A stretch of 64,000 nucleotides of DNA from NCBI GenBank assembly GCA_963699545.1, contig CAVOUE010000007.1, positions 1 through 64,000 on the forward strand. Direction: 5' to 3'. A program made the position numbers and the translations under genes. This document shows, piece by piece, positions 41,083-54,437 of this stretch. The DNA is from Nitrospirota bacterium (lineage in GTDB: Bacteria > Nitrospirota > Thermodesulfovibrionia > Thermodesulfovibrionales > UBA9159). The notes beneath the pieces were generated by a model that saw only the letters and a program-made list of their open reading frames with translations, did no database searches and was not told the origin of the DNA. The first letter of the stretch is position 1. Each line of letters begins with the position of its first letter.

Positions 41083-41213
41083 AACAGCCTCAGAATTGTA
41101 TATGCCCCGTTTCCCGGCAAACTATGCTCGGGTCAATGACAACGAAAGCGTCAGGGTCGTTGACTTTTTGGGCATGGATAGTGTTTAATATTTATCTCGG
41201 AGGTGACAGTGGT

Positions 41214-41531
41214 ATGTACGCGATCATAGAGACGGGCGGAAAACAGTATAAGGTTTCATCGGGAAACACGGTAAAGGTCGACCTCATTTCGTCCGAGCCA
41301 GGGGCGATTCTGGATATAGAGAAAGTTCTCGCCATCGTGGACGGTTCCAAGACGGTCGTCGGGACGCCCTATGTAAAAGGGGCTGAGGTGAAGGCTGAAG
41401 TGCTCGGCGCAGGAAAAGCCAGAAAGGTGCTTGTCTACAGGAAGAGAGCCCGGAGGGTGTACGAGAAACTGAACGGCCACCGGCAGTCTTTCACCACGCT
41501 GAAGATCAAAGAAGTAACGTTTGGAGGATAG
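41214..41531 (+). CDS. rplU: 50S ribosomal protein L21
   Basis: [20 protein letters not shown]. Confidence 0.97.
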   Translation: MYAIIETGGKQYKVSSGNTVKVDLISSEPGAILDIEKVLAIVDGSKTVVGTPYVKGAEVKAEVLGAGKARKVLVYRKRARRVYEKLNGHRQSFTTLKIKEVTFGG

Positions 41532-41533
41532 AC

Positions 41534-41809
41534 ATGGCACATAAGAAAGGTGTTGGAAGTTCGAGAAACGGCCGTGACAGCCAGTCACAGCGCCTCGGAG
41601 TAAAGAGGTTCGGCGGGCAGTTCGTGAAGGCCGGGAATATTCTCGTGAGGCAGAGGGGTACCCAGTTCCATCCGGGAAATAATGTGGCAAAAGGGAGAGA
41701 CGACACCCTTTTTGCCCTGGTCGACGGAATTGTGACCTTTGAGCGGAAGGACAGGGATCGTCTGAAGATAAGCGTGTATCCTGCTGCGGCGCAACCGGTC
41801 GCGAGCTAG
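41534..41809 (+). CDS. rpmA: 50S ribosomal protein L27
   Basis: [21 protein letters not shown]. Confidence 0.98.
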   Translation: MAHKKGVGSSRNGRDSQSQRLGVKRFGGQFVKAGNILVRQRGTQFHPGNNVAKGRDDTLFALVDGIVTFERKDRDRLKISVYPAAAQPVAS

Positions 41810-41833
41810 CGTTCCTCCCACATCTCACAACGT

Positions 41834-41860
41834 AAAGGCGGTGGAAAACCGCCTTTTTTT
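41834..41860 (+). terminator. Rho-independent terminator
   Basis: AAAGGCGGT-GGAAA-ACCGCCTTT followed by a T run. Confidence 0.85.
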
Positions 41861-41986
41861 GTTACAGATTTCTTACCCGCCCGTTCCCCCCACATAGGTC
41901 GGCTTCCCCTCGATACGATGGAATGGTTATTTTCCTGTCAATGCCGCAAAGAGTATAATGAAGACACGGGAAAGGCAGGTGCGCTC

Positions 41987-43006
41987 ATGCAGTTCGTTGA
42001 TTACGTAAGGATACAAGTGAAGGCCGGTGACGGCGGGAGAGGCTGTGTCAGCTTCCGGAGGGAGAAGTACGTTCCGAAGGGCGGGCCCAACGGGGGCGAC
42101 GGAGGCAAGGGCGGACACATCATCATACGAGCGGTGGGACAACTGAATACCCTCTTGGACCTGAGATATCGCCGCCACTACAAGGCACAGAGAGGACAGC
42201 ACGGCATGGGGAAGAACATGCACGGGAAAGATGGTGACGATCTCATCATCCCCGTCCCTCCGGGAACAACGGTAAAGGACGAAGGGACAGGAGATATCCT
42301 CGCCGACCTTGATGCTGCAGGCAAAGAAGTGATCGCGGCAAAAGCCGGGAGGGGCGGACAGGGGAATGCCCATTTCGCAACTCCCACAAGACAGGCGCCG
42401 AAGTTTGCACAACCGGGGGAAAAGGGAGAGGAAAAGACCCTCGTCATCGAATTGAAGCTTCTTGCCGATGTTGGCCTGGTCGGACTTCCCAATGCGGGCA
42501 AGTCCACGTTCATATCGGTCATATCAGCGGCAAAACCAAAGATCGCCGATTACCCCTTCACTACCCTTGAGCCGAACCTGGGGGTCGTGAAACTCGAGGA
42601 TTTCAGAAGTTTTGTTGTTGCGGATATCCCCGGTCTCATAGAAGGAGCGCATACCGGAGCGGGTCTCGGATTCCAGTTCCTCAGACACGTGGAGCGCACC
42701 TCCGTGCTCCTCCATCTGGTGGATATTTCCGGGATGTCGCCCGGCGACCCGGTGGAGAACCTTGAGAAGATAAACACGGAGCTTGAGCTTTACAGTGAAA
42801 GGCTTCTCGAAAAGCCGCAGATGGTGGTTGCCACAAAACTGGATATCGCTGACGAGAACAAGCTTGACAGACTTTCGGATTACTGCAAGAATAACAGGAC
42901 CGCTTTTTTCGCGGTATCCGCAGCCACTGGGAAAGGGGTGAAGGAGCTCATACGTTATGTTGCGGCAAAGCTGGAGAGGTCTCGTGAGAAGAAACTCGAT
43001 GAGTGA
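41987..43006 (+). CDS. obgE: GTPase ObgE/CgtA
   Basis: GGPNGGDGG, GLPNAGKST, YPFTT, DIPGLIEGA. Confidence 0.97.
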   Translation: MQFVDYVRIQVKAGDGGRGCVSFRREKYVPKGGPNGGDGGKGGHIIIRAVGQLNTLLDLRYRRHYKAQRGQHGMGKNMHGKDGDDLIIPVPPGTTVKDEGTGDILADLDAAGKEVIAAKAGRGGQGNAHFATPTRQAPKFAQPGEKGEEKTLVIELKLLADVGLVGLPNAGKSTFISVISAAKPKIADYPFTTLEPNLGVVKLEDFRSFVVADIPGLIEGAHTGAGLGFQFLRHVERTSVLLHLVDISGMSPGDPVENLEKINTELELYSERLLEKPQMVVATKLDIADENKLDRLSDYCKNNRTAFFAVSAATGKGVKELIRYVAAKLERSREKKLDE

Positions 43007-43040
43007 TAGTGACCAAGGTATTTTTTTCAGGAGCTGACAG

Positions 43041-44138
43041 TTGAAAAGGCTTGTCATAAAGATAGGCAGCAACATCCTCACTTCGGATAATAACGGTCTT
43101 GACCTTGAGAGGATGCAGTCCCTCACCGACGACATATCCTCCGTCAGGGATGCAGGGTATGAGGTGGTCATCGTCTCTTCAGGAGCTGTAGCCGCAGGGA
43201 TGAAGAAACTCGAACTAAAGGAAAAACCGAAGGACATCATCCTCAAACAGGCGGCTGCGGCAGTGGGCCAGAGCAGCCTTATGTGGGCATATGAAAAATG
43301 CTTCGGAGTCCACGGCAGGAAGGTCGCGCAGATACTGCTGACCCGTGATGATTTTGCTGACAGGAAAAGATATATTAATTCAAGGAATACCCTTCTCACC
43401 CTGCTCTCTTATGACGTCATACCGATCATCAATGAGAATGACAGCGTGGCCACCGACGAGATACGTTTTGGCGACAATGACAGTCTTGCATCTCTGGTTG
43501 CCGGTCTCATTGATGCAGAGCGGTTCATCATCCTCTCTGATGTGGATGGGCTGTTCGACGACGACCCGACGATAAACCCGGAGGCAAAACTCATAAAGGT
43601 GGTAACAAAAATCACTCCTGATCTCGAAAGAAAGGCCGGCGGACCGGGGTCTGCTGTAGGAACAGGCGGGATGTTTTCGAAGCTCCTTGCAGCAAAGAGG
43701 GCGTTGCATCATGGCATCGCGGTAAACATAGTCAACGGAAGGACAAAAGGAGTTCTCTCTTCACTTCTGGAAGGAGCTCACCATGGCACCGAGTTCAGGC
43801 CGCAAGAAACAAGGCTCTCCTCAAAGAAAGGCTGGATAGCCTATGCCTGCAGGACAAAGGGGAGCATTACCGTTGATGAGGGAGCGGCGAAGGCTTTGAT
43901 CCGGGGGGGAAAGAGCCTTCTCCCGTCAGGGATCGTCTCATGGTCAGGAAGCTTTGAGGCAGGAGATGCGGTCTATTGCCTTGACCCGGGCGGCAAGCGC
44001 ATCGCAAAAGGGCTGACGAACTATTCTTCCGCAGAGATAGAGAAGATCAAAGGGAAGAAGACTTCAGAGATAGAGGGCATACTGGGATACCAGTACTCCG
44101 ATGAAGTTATCCACCGGGACAACCTCGTACTGGTGTAG
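43041..44138 (+). CDS. proB: Glutamate 5-kinase
   Basis: VIKIGS, VSSGAVAAG, NENDSV, FGDND, GTGGM, PUA domain, IHRDNLV. Confidence 0.97.
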   Translation: MKRLVIKIGSNILTSDNNGLDLERMQSLTDDISSVRDAGYEVVIVSSGAVAAGMKKLELKEKPKDIILKQAAAAVGQSSLMWAYEKCFGVHGRKVAQILLTRDDFADRKRYINSRNTLLTLLSYDVIPIINENDSVATDEIRFGDNDSLASLVAGLIDAERFIILSDVDGLFDDDPTINPEAKLIKVVTKITPDLERKAGGPGSAVGTGGMFSKLLAAKRALHHGIAVNIVNGRTKGVLSSLLEGAHHGTEFRPQETRLSSKKGWIAYACRTKGSITVDEGAAKALIRGGKSLLPSGIVSWSGSFEAGDAVYCLDPGGKRIAKGLTNYSSAEIEKIKGKKTSEIEGILGYQYSDEVIHRDNLVLV

Positions 44139-44178
44139 GCATTCTCTGTGCTGCACTTCTCATGGCATACTGCAAGGG

Positions 44179-46137
44179 TTACTGCTGCATCTCAGGCGCC
44201 GCAGAGACATTCGACTCACGTCGGGCAAGCAATCTCTGCACGAGGTAGAACTTCCATACAAAATGATGAAGGTCTTTTCGGCCATACTGGGACATTGCCA
44301 ATGGAATCGGAGAGTCTTTGTGCCGTATCCAGCTCTCAATCGGTGTCGCAAAGCCGATCTTGTCTTTCCTCCACACTATCTTCTCCGGCAGTAGATCCCT
44401 CATTGCCAGTCTGAGGAGCCATTTGCTCCATCCGTTGTAGATTTTATATAGGGAAGGGATCCCCGACACATATTCAACCAACCTATGGTCAACAAAAGGC
44501 ACACGGTTTTCTACGGAAAACGCTGACGCATTTCTGTCATCGTCCTTAAGAAGTTCCCTCAAGTAATCCCTCGTTATATCGCAATGGAGCAGATAATTCA
44601 ATGATCTCGTCCGGTCTATCATCCTCCTGACGCCGCTCTCCCCACAATCTAATTCCCCCAGGAGATGCTCAATGTGTTTAAATTGTTTCCTATTCCTTAC
44701 GTTGAAGATAAATTCCTTAAGACTGCCAGGAATGAATGCATGATAGCCGCCCATTACACAATCAGAAAAAGAGCGCTTGAGACCATACCGTTTTCTTTCC
44801 CCTGACAAAGACGGACAAAGGTCTTTCAAACGCATTTTTCTTATCATGTCAGCCAAATAGACCGGTTCGTATTGGGGGTACCCTCCAAAAAGTTCATCGC
44901 TCCCCTGGCCGTTTAATACCACCTTGACATGGCGCGATGCCAGACGCATAACGTCCCACCCTGCATAGACGTTCGTGTTTTTGCAGAGTTCGTCATGATA
45001 GAACAGGAAACTTTCCAGTTCCTTCCACAACCCGTCTGCTGTGGGATAAACGAAAAAACCTTCAACGCCGGTGTGTTTGATTACTTCTTCCGCATAACGT
45101 TTCTCATCGATACAAGGGTTGTCAAAGGATGCGGTGAAGGTCTTCTGTTTTTGCCCTATTGCGTTTTCATCAATCGCCCCTTCCTTTAACAGCCCGTTGA
45201 TAATGGCCACAATAGACGAGGAATCCAACCCTCCTGAGAGACAGCTTCCGACAGGAACATCCGATATCAACCGCACTCTTACCGCGTCAATGAGCAACTC
45301 CCTGATGTCATCAGCATATTTATAGGCCTGTCGCTCATCATATCTGCCTAATTCATTGGTATAGGGCAATTCATAGTATTTCTTGATCGAAATACCCTGT
45401 CTGTCCAGATCAAAAGTAAGGTTGTGTGAGGGCAGGAGTTGATAAATCCCTTTGTACATATTCTCTTCTGAATGGTGCATCATATGGAACACGATCAATT
45501 CAAACATCAACTCTCTGTTGATCTCCCTCTGCACGAACGGTATTCTCAGCAGTGCCTTTATTTCCGAAGCAAAGGCAAAATGTTCGCCGTCAAACCAGTA
45601 ATAAAAAGGCTTAATCCCAAATCTGTCTCTTGAACAAAACAACCTTTTCTTTCTCTTGTCATAGATGCAGAACGCCCATTGACCATTGAATCTGTTGACA
45701 CAGTCCTCCCCCCATTTTGAGTATGCAGCAAGTATAACCTCTGTGTCGGTCCCGGAAGAAAAGTTGTATCCCGAACCCTGCAATTCCCTTCTTAGTTCCT
45801 TATAATTGAAGATCTCGCCATTGTATGTAATCCAGAGATTGCCATTGTCAAAACTCATGGGCTGATGGCCCTTTGACGATATATCGATGATTGCCAGTCT
45901 TCTCTGTCCCAGTACGACAGGGTGGCCGGATGCATTCACATCCAGTATATCCTTACATCTTTCTTTCGTTTCCGGACTTGAGTTGTCACCAGAAGCCTCG
46001 ATAAAACTATTACCCGCCGCATTGAGGAACACGTACCCTTCATCATCAGGACCTCTGTGCTTAATGGAGTCCAGCGCTTCCTTAATCGTTGCGTTCCTAG
46101 GTAAAGCCGGCGAAAAGATACCTATTATTCCGCACAT
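44179..46137 (-). CDS. asnB: Asparagine synthase (glutamine-hydrolysing) family amidotransferase
   Basis: MCGI, HRGPD, RLAIID, NGEIFN, RDRFGIKP, LSGGLDSS, GSDELFGGY, ENRVPF. Confidence 0.92.
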   Translation of the reverse strand: MCGIIGIFSPALPRNATIKEALDSIKHRGPDDEGYVFLNAAGNSFIEASGDNSSPETKERCKDILDVNASGHPVVLGQRRLAIIDISSKGHQPMSFDNGNLWITYNGEIFNYKELRRELQGSGYNFSSGTDTEVILAAYSKWGEDCVNRFNGQWAFCIYDKRKKRLFCSRDRFGIKPFYYWFDGEHFAFASEIKALLRIPFVQREINRELMFELIVFHMMHHSEENMYKGIYQLLPSHNLTFDLDRQGISIKKYYELPYTNELGRYDERQAYKYADDIRELLIDAVRVRLISDVPVGSCLSGGLDSSSIVAIINGLLKEGAIDENAIGQKQKTFTASFDNPCIDEKRYAEEVIKHTGVEGFFVYPTADGLWKELESFLFYHDELCKNTNVYAGWDVMRLASRHVKVVLNGQGSDELFGGYPQYEPVYLADMIRKMRLKDLCPSLSGERKRYGLKRSFSDCVMGGYHAFIPGSLKEFIFNVRNRKQFKHIEHLLGELDCGESGVRRMIDRTRSLNYLLHCDITRDYLRELLKDDDRNASAFSVENRVPFVDHRLVEYVSGIPSLYKIYNGWSKWLLRLAMRDLLPEKIVWRKDKIGFATPIESWIRHKDSPIPLAMSQYGRKDLHHFVWKFYLVQRLLARRESNVSAAPEMQQ

Positions 46138-46205
46138 CTTACTATCCTCTCTCTTTCCACAACCTCTTTTTGTCCATGGTTATTGAGAATGAACCTTATC
46201 TTATG

Positions 46206-47603
46206 TCATAAAAAATCTTTCATATCAAGTCTCTGCTCGACCATGTTCACCTTGCCCGAGGGTGTCGGCTGAATTTCATCGACAAAAAGGATTCCTATTT
46301 GTATGAGCTCTCTCATCAAGCCAAGCATCTCGTCAAGCTTACCCTTTATATATTGTGTATCGGCATCGGTATATGCCTTATCTTTCACGATCTTCAAAGA
46401 GGCTCTTCCCGGTTCTTCCTGATAAAATTGCACCTGACGCACATTGGGAAAGGTCTTTATCCAAGGCATAAGCCTGGGAATAATCTCCCCGTCCTTGCCC
46501 ACAAGAAAGTCCTGCACCCTGCCTTCAATTGCTCGGAATGTTTTGTGACTGCGACCACATTTTGAGCAGAATTCTTTGCCTCCCGTCACCAGGTCGCAGG
46601 TCTTGTACCGTATCAATGGCATGGCATAATTTGTGAACCCGGTGGCAATGATCTCCTCGTGGCCTCTCACCGACTTCGCAAGTCCTGTCAAACCATATTG
46701 GGGGTAGATATGGAGCTCTGTGGACTGTTCGCATTCACCCCCAAGCGCCGCATTCTCCATCATGGAATACATGGAAAAAACCCTGGCGCCAAAGGCCTCC
46801 CCTATCAGTTCCCTTTGCCAGTCGCATAAGGTCTCTGAATACGTGATAACCGCCTTTAGCTTTTTGCCCGATGCCAGATGATTGCTCTTGATAAAAGATG
46901 AGAGAACAGACAGGGAAGATGGATAGCCGGATACGTACTCAGGATCAAACTTCCTCAGCATATCACAGCATTTGGAAAGCCATTCCCCCGTCAGATACCG
47001 TGCGGAAAGGACCAGTTTATTGCCGTATCCCATGAACGGAAGGTTCTTCCTCTTGCCCGTCTCTATGAAAGCCCACAGCATCACTTCCCTCGACCTCGGG
47101 GTATGGCCTATCCTGCCCAACAAGTTCGCCCTGAAGGCATGGAATGCGGCCTCAGCTTCACGACTTTCGTAGATGGTCATGGGGATGCCGGTAGAACCGC
47201 TCGTGAACTTTTTCTTGAGAGAGTGAAGAGGCCTCCGCTCATCAACGAACTCACCGGACTTCTCTCTTACCGTTTCTTTACTCAGGTAGGGCAGCGATGT
47301 TACATCATCCAAACTCTGCATTTTCTGAGGACAGAAACCAATGTCAGAAAAAAGCTTCCTGTAGTACGGAACATTTTTCGTTGCATGCACAAGGAGGTTC
47401 TTCGCCTGTTCAAACTGGTAGCTCTCAAACTTATCTTTGTCCCATTCCTCGGATTCCTTCAATAAAGAGAGCCAGCGAAAAAATGCGGGACCATAAAAAA
47501 CCCTGCGCCTGAAACCCTGAGGAAGCCTCTCATAAACCTCCAGGGCTGCCTTTTCCATAACACTGGATGATCTCAAGAATCTCTTGATAAATTCAGCATT
47601 CAT
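46206..47603 (-). CDS. Phenylacetate-CoA-ligase-like (CapK-type) adenylate-forming protein
   Basis: VPYYRKLF, TSGSTG.P, GYPSSL, MPLIRYKTCD, IEGRVQD, TPSGK. Confidence 0.85.
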   Translation of the reverse strand: MNAEFIKRFLRSSSVMEKAALEVYERLPQGFRRRVFYGPAFFRWLSLLKESEEWDKDKFESYQFEQAKNLLVHATKNVPYYRKLFSDIGFCPQKMQSLDDVTSLPYLSKETVREKSGEFVDERRPLHSLKKKFTSGSTGIPMTIYESREAEAAFHAFRANLLGRIGHTPRSREVMLWAFIETGKRKNLPFMGYGNKLVLSARYLTGEWLSKCCDMLRKFDPEYVSGYPSSLSVLSSFIKSNHLASGKKLKAVITYSETLCDWQRELIGEAFGARVFSMYSMMENAALGGECEQSTELHIYPQYGLTGLAKSVRGHEEIIATGFTNYAMPLIRYKTCDLVTGGKEFCSKCGRSHKTFRAIEGRVQDFLVGKDGEIIPRLMPWIKTFPNVRQVQFYQEEPGRASLKIVKDKAYTDADTQYIKGKLDEMLGLMRELIQIGILFVDEIQPTPSGKVNMVEQRLDMKDFL

Positions 47604-47659
47604 CCCTTATCTCGCGGAATCCACGATTTCCCTGGCCTCTGCTGCCTCTGCTTCAGGTC

Positions 47660-48691
47660 TCACGCCGTGAAAGGCTCCTTATGGGTCAAGGAGAGCATCG
47701 CCGCATCGAACATGGCCCAAAAAGGCCTTCCTGAGGGCTCGGGTATCCCCAGGCGCATACGGTTGTCAACAAGGTACCAGCGGCCGTAATACCCAAATTC
47801 CCGCGCGGTCACAGTAGAATCTATGGGGAGGGGATAGACATTGATGTCAGTAAAAACCGGAAGGTGGTCAGGGCTTCTTCTCAGATAATCAACAGAAAAG
47901 TACTGTATATTCAGGGTTCGTGCAATCAGGTGAATTGATTCGGTTTCAACCGGCTTCATCTCAAATGTGAATTCGAAACCTTCTCTGTTTGCACGTTCGA
48001 CATTCCATCTGTGGCTGAAGGCCACGTAACTGGGATGAATGATGCCTGCAACGTAGAGAACCCTGTATTGCCTATAGAGACCATCCAGTCCTTTTGAATC
48101 AACAAACTCAAAGGGGCGATATCCCTCAATGGGCCCCCGGTAGCGTGACAGGAGCTTGGGAGACCAATGCTTTTCCCTCATTTTATACACAACAAGTGTC
48201 TCTCCGATATCATGCTCGGTAAACGTCGACCGCGGCACGCCCACCCCGGCTTTTTCGAGGATCCTAAAGGTATCTTCTTCATGGTATGAATTATATACAT
48301 CCGGATGGTTGATCACAGGGATTCCCGGCCTCGCCCTCCCGATGATTTGGAGCAATTCCCTTTTTATTTCGGGAGGCACGGGATCCTGGGAGTATACCCA
48401 TACAATATCGGCATCCTCTACCCTTTCGTTCACCGAAGCAGAACAGCTGCGGCTCCTCTCATTGATCCAGAATGCGGTGAAGCGGCCGAACTTGCCTTCT
48501 CGCGGGTGAATATCGAGAAGACACAGATGGAGCCGTCTTCTTAACTGTTTCTGTTTGGCAATTCTCAGCCAGGTGAGAGGACCCCTGTCATAACCGATAC
48601 GCCGTCTGTCGATGCGGGAAGCAAACCAAAGCCACTGTAGAAGGTTGTCCTTCAAACGCCAGATCGCTTTCTGTACTACAGTGTTATCCAT
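47660..48691 (-). CDS. Hypothetical protein, ATP-grasp (RimK-like) features
   Basis: PVINHP, LEKAGVGVPRS, FEFVD, YRVLYV, SVDY, TDINVYP. Confidence 0.55.
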   Translation of the reverse strand: MDNTVVQKAIWRLKDNLLQWLWFASRIDRRRIGYDRGPLTWLRIAKQKQLRRRLHLCLLDIHPREGKFGRFTAFWINERSRSCSASVNERVEDADIVWVYSQDPVPPEIKRELLQIIGRARPGIPVINHPDVYNSYHEEDTFRILEKAGVGVPRSTFTEHDIGETLVVYKMREKHWSPKLLSRYRGPIEGYRPFEFVDSKGLDGLYRQYRVLYVAGIIHPSYVAFSHRWNVERANREGFEFTFEMKPVETESIHLIARTLNIQYFSVDYLRRSPDHLPVFTDINVYPLPIDSTVTAREFGYYGRWYLVDNRMRLGIPEPSGRPFWAMFDAAMLSLTHKEPFTA

Positions 48692-48731
48692 CGTCGTTCA
48701 TTTCTGCCTTACTGTCCCATTACAACAATGA

Positions 48732-49769
48732 TCATGGCCCTTGTAACGCGTCATTCCCATTTGACCCGCTCTTTTTCTTGACAGAATAATAACATTGAAT
48801 CAACCAGGTATAAACCGTACTTGGCACGAACAAGACAAGCAACAGTAATCCCATGTTCGACAGAAACGCGTCAAATGATTCCGTCGATTTGAACATCGCC
48901 AATAACTGCTTTATCCCGCCAAGCCTGTTCCCTGACAGGACGGAAAACAGCAGACGGCCTCTGTAGTGTCTCCTTTTCAGTGCTTTCAGGTCTGCCCGTC
49001 CCACCGAGAGCACAGGTGATAATCTGACCAGGAGCTTTTCATAGGTATAGGAAAAATCCTTATGTATCTCGGCGAGCTGCAACGGGCTTGCATCGACAAA
49101 AAAAGTGACATTCTTATGGTGCAGTCTGTATTGCCCAAGTATTTCCGGCAGGTACAATGCCCGAACGTAACAAGAAGCGACCGCAGTGAGGTAAAAATCC
49201 ACCCCTCGTCTCATATCCTCCGGTATCGGATAAAGTTCCTTTAACAGTGCTCTCCTGAACGAAAAAGAGCTTCCCCCGCAGAAAACATCTCCCTTAATGA
49301 TACGGGTCAATAGCGGTCCGCCGGCGTTCTTCTTGGCAAGGAACGTCCCATAGAAATCCTTATATACAGTCCGTCCGCCGCTATCGATAACATCAAAGGT
49401 ATGATAGACAATCCCGATGTCAGGGTATTGACTGAATGTTTCTGCCACTCTTCTTGTCCTGCCGGAAACCCATACGTCGTCTGCATCGAGAAACGTTATT
49501 ATGTCCCCGTTCGCAAGGGACATTCCTCTATTCCTTGCCGCTGCTACGCCCCGATGCTTCTCATAAAGGTAGGTCACCCTCCCTGCGTATTCCTGAATTA
49601 TTTCCTTTGTGCCGTCCGTGGAGCCGTCATCCACGACAATAAGCTCTACCCTGTCCGTCGGATAGTCCTGAAGAAAAACGCTCTCGATCGTATCGCGTAT
49701 GAAAGCGCCATAATTATACGTCGGAATTATCACCGATATTAACGGCGGACTATTCACCATAACCCACAC
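48732..49769 (-). CDS. Glycosyltransferase family 2
   Basis: ISVIIPTYN, VVDDGSTDGT, AARNRG, FLDADD. Confidence 0.92.
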   Translation of the reverse strand: MWVMVNSPPLISVIIPTYNYGAFIRDTIESVFLQDYPTDRVELIVVDDGSTDGTKEIIQEYAGRVTYLYEKHRGVAAARNRGMSLANGDIITFLDADDVWVSGRTRRVAETFSQYPDIGIVYHTFDVIDSGGRTVYKDFYGTFLAKKNAGGPLLTRIIKGDVFCGGSSFSFRRALLKELYPIPEDMRRGVDFYLTAVASCYVRALYLPEILGQYRLHHKNVTFFVDASPLQLAEIHKDFSYTYEKLLVRLSPVLSVGRADLKALKRRHYRGRLLFSVLSGNRLGGIKQLLAMFKSTESFDAFLSNMGLLLLVLFVPSTVYTWLIQCYYSVKKKSGSNGNDALQGP

Positions 49770-49913
49770 AATGCATTTATCCCGACCAACCCATTCACCC
49801 TATTATAAAGAGTGCTCATAGACAATTGGAAGAACACGGGTGGACGAAGTCATCCATCGGGACAACCTCGCACTGCTCTGATAAATGAATTGCCTTCAGA
49901 GAGACAGGGGAGG

Positions 49914-50428
49914 CTATCTCAACAGCGTCCTTGCCTGTGCAAATATCTCTGCGTAGGCATCACTGGCATAATCTCTGTAGGTGAAGAGGTGAGGCTGGTA
50001 TCTGCGGTCTTTGTCTCTATACACAAGGGTGACCTCGGCGAAGATTCCCTTACCGATATAAATCCGGTGCGAATAGTTCTTGGTTGAAGCAAGGATCACA
50101 TTGTAGGGAGTGAGATAGCCGGGATCAAGATTGATGTTCCTCTTTCCCCCCGTTGATAGCTGCTCTTCTATCTCGATGGTCGCGAGCTTGACATCGGAGA
50201 GGTTTTCACGGTCGATCATGTTCCTGAAGAAGAGAAATCTCCTCCGGATCGGCGAACCCAGTTCCTCCTTATAGTAATCGGAATGCTCCCACGGAAGGGG
50301 GTGGCTCTCCATCCTCAGCTCTCCGAAACATGAACGAAGTCGTTCCCGGGCGGCAGAGAAGTATTCTTCATCATGGTAAAGCGTTGCTGTAAAAAGGAGG
50401 ACGGGTTCGGGGGGGAAGGCTTTCTCAT
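49914..50428 (-). CDS. DUF4416-family protein; frameshift in the G7 run at 50409-50415
   Basis: SDYYKEELG, RNINLDPGY, LASTKNYSHRIY; N-terminus MRKPSPPEPVLLF restored by one extra base. Confidence 0.8.
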
Positions 50429-50438
50429 CACAGAAGGG

Positions 50439-50968
50439 CTATTGCCTCATCATATCTGATATGCGCGCCACAGCCTGGGGAGACGCCCAGTCAAAAGGCC
50501 CGATCATCTTCTCCTTAAGTATCCCTTGCTTATCCACAATGTATGTCTCCGGTACGCCCGTCACACCGTAAGACGTGGCTGTCCTTTCGTCGATGTCAAC
50601 CACCACGGGAAGGTCATAGTTATTACCCTTCAGATAGGCCATCGCCCTTTCGTAATCGTCCCTGTAAAGAATCGTTATCATGCGGAATCCCTTTTGGTCC
50701 CTGAACCGGTTGTAGAGGGAGTGAATGGAAGGCAGCTCTTCCCTGCAGGGCGGGCACCATGTTGCCCAGAAGTTAACAAAAACCACCGTACCTTTCAGTT
50801 CGGAAAGATGAACAGTTTTCCCGGAGGGGTCGCCCACCACAAGCTCTGGAGCATCCAGGCCAACCATAGCCCTGGACGGTTTTGTCTCCTCCTTCTCTTG
50901 ACGCCAAGAACAGCGACCAGCACGACCGCCAGAAGAATGGCAACGATGATAATGGGTTTAGTCTTCAT
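50439..50968 (-). CDS. TlpA/ResA-family thiol-disulfide reductase; frameshift near 50890
   Basis: N-terminal TM anchor, VNFWATWCPPCREE, GVPETY. Confidence 0.9.
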
Positions 50969-50991
50969 CTTGTTCTCTCTTAAAGGTCAAA

Positions 50992-51024
50992 GAAAAGGTT
51001 CCCCGTGAAATGGAGAACCCCTTT
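50992..51024 (-). terminator. Rho-independent terminator after clpC
   Basis: Minus strand GGTTCTCC-ATTTCAC-GGGGAACC-TTTTC. Confidence 0.65.
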
Positions 51025-51058
51025 ACCGGTTACGCCAAACGTAGGCTGTGACGCCCTG

Positions 51059-53504
<2,446 letters not shown>

Positions 53505-53612
53505 TAGTGAACCTCCTAAAAAAATAATAATGCTTTTCCATGGTGATTGTCAACCGAAGGAGCGATGGGGAAGCAGGGAAGGAAGGTATCGTCGAGGCTC
53601 TTTATGCTTTTC

Positions 53613-54355
53613 TTATTTTTCCGTCATGTAGTTGATCAGATACTTGGCAGCCACTGCCGCGACGGAAGACGGGGCGGGCAACCCCTGATGCAGCGAGCGC
53701 AGCGCGTCAAAATCAGACTTCCAGACAACTTCACCGGGGGCAATCAGGCAGACGCTACCCGGTTCATGCGTCGTGACAGAGTTTGCCGTCCTTGAAATAA
53801 TAATAGTCTTCCTCATTTACCTCGGTAGGGAAAGAGCGCATGAACGGGGGAAAATCGCCGGGCTTGAACCAGAGTTTTATCTCTCGTTCAGCCTCGCTAA
53901 CCGTAGCCGAAGCGTGGATGAGGTTATCCATCCTCTCGCCGATGTCGTTTCCTGCAGGGTCCTTGAGGGGGACAATCGTGCCCAGTGACCGGATGCATCC
54001 GGGTCTCTTTTCGCGCGCCACATGGGGATTCGTGGGACCGCAGATGTCACGTATCTTCTTCACCGCATCCTCACCCTGGTAAACGAGCGCTATTACTCTC
54101 CGCTCTCCAGGGTTCATCGGGATAATGGATCAACCCCATGATATATTCAATCAGCGAAGGATAAAACACCTTGCCCCTGTGTTCGGCATAGTGTTCCTCG
54201 GCAAGCATCCTGCTCACATGGACTATCTTTGCGCCGGCAAAGCGCAAACCGGTATGAAACTCCGAAAGATGAGAAAGCACGTACCCCGTCAATGAATTCT
54301 TAAGGGCGTCAGGTTTTATGAGCACAAGTGTCTGCTCGACTTCTTCTCCGTTCAT
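53613..54355 (-). CDS. ndk: Long-form nucleoside diphosphate kinase (two frameshifts)
   Basis: EQTLVLIKPDA, HYAEH, GPTNP, NLIHAS, AEREIKLWF, plus C-terminal extension. Confidence 0.8.
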
Positions 54356-54437
54356 GCACGGACCCCCTTCCTAAAATGATTTGTGCCAGGAAAGCTCAGC
54401 CTTATCACAGCTGAGCAGGACACACTCTCTCTCAGCA

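Noticed and set aside
44179-47603. AsnB plus ligase read as a lasso peptide or other RiPP cluster
   Set aside because: AsnB retains the N-terminal Cys glutaminase domain, and no precursor, RRE or peptidase gene is visible; the glycosyltransferase context fits glycan modification better.
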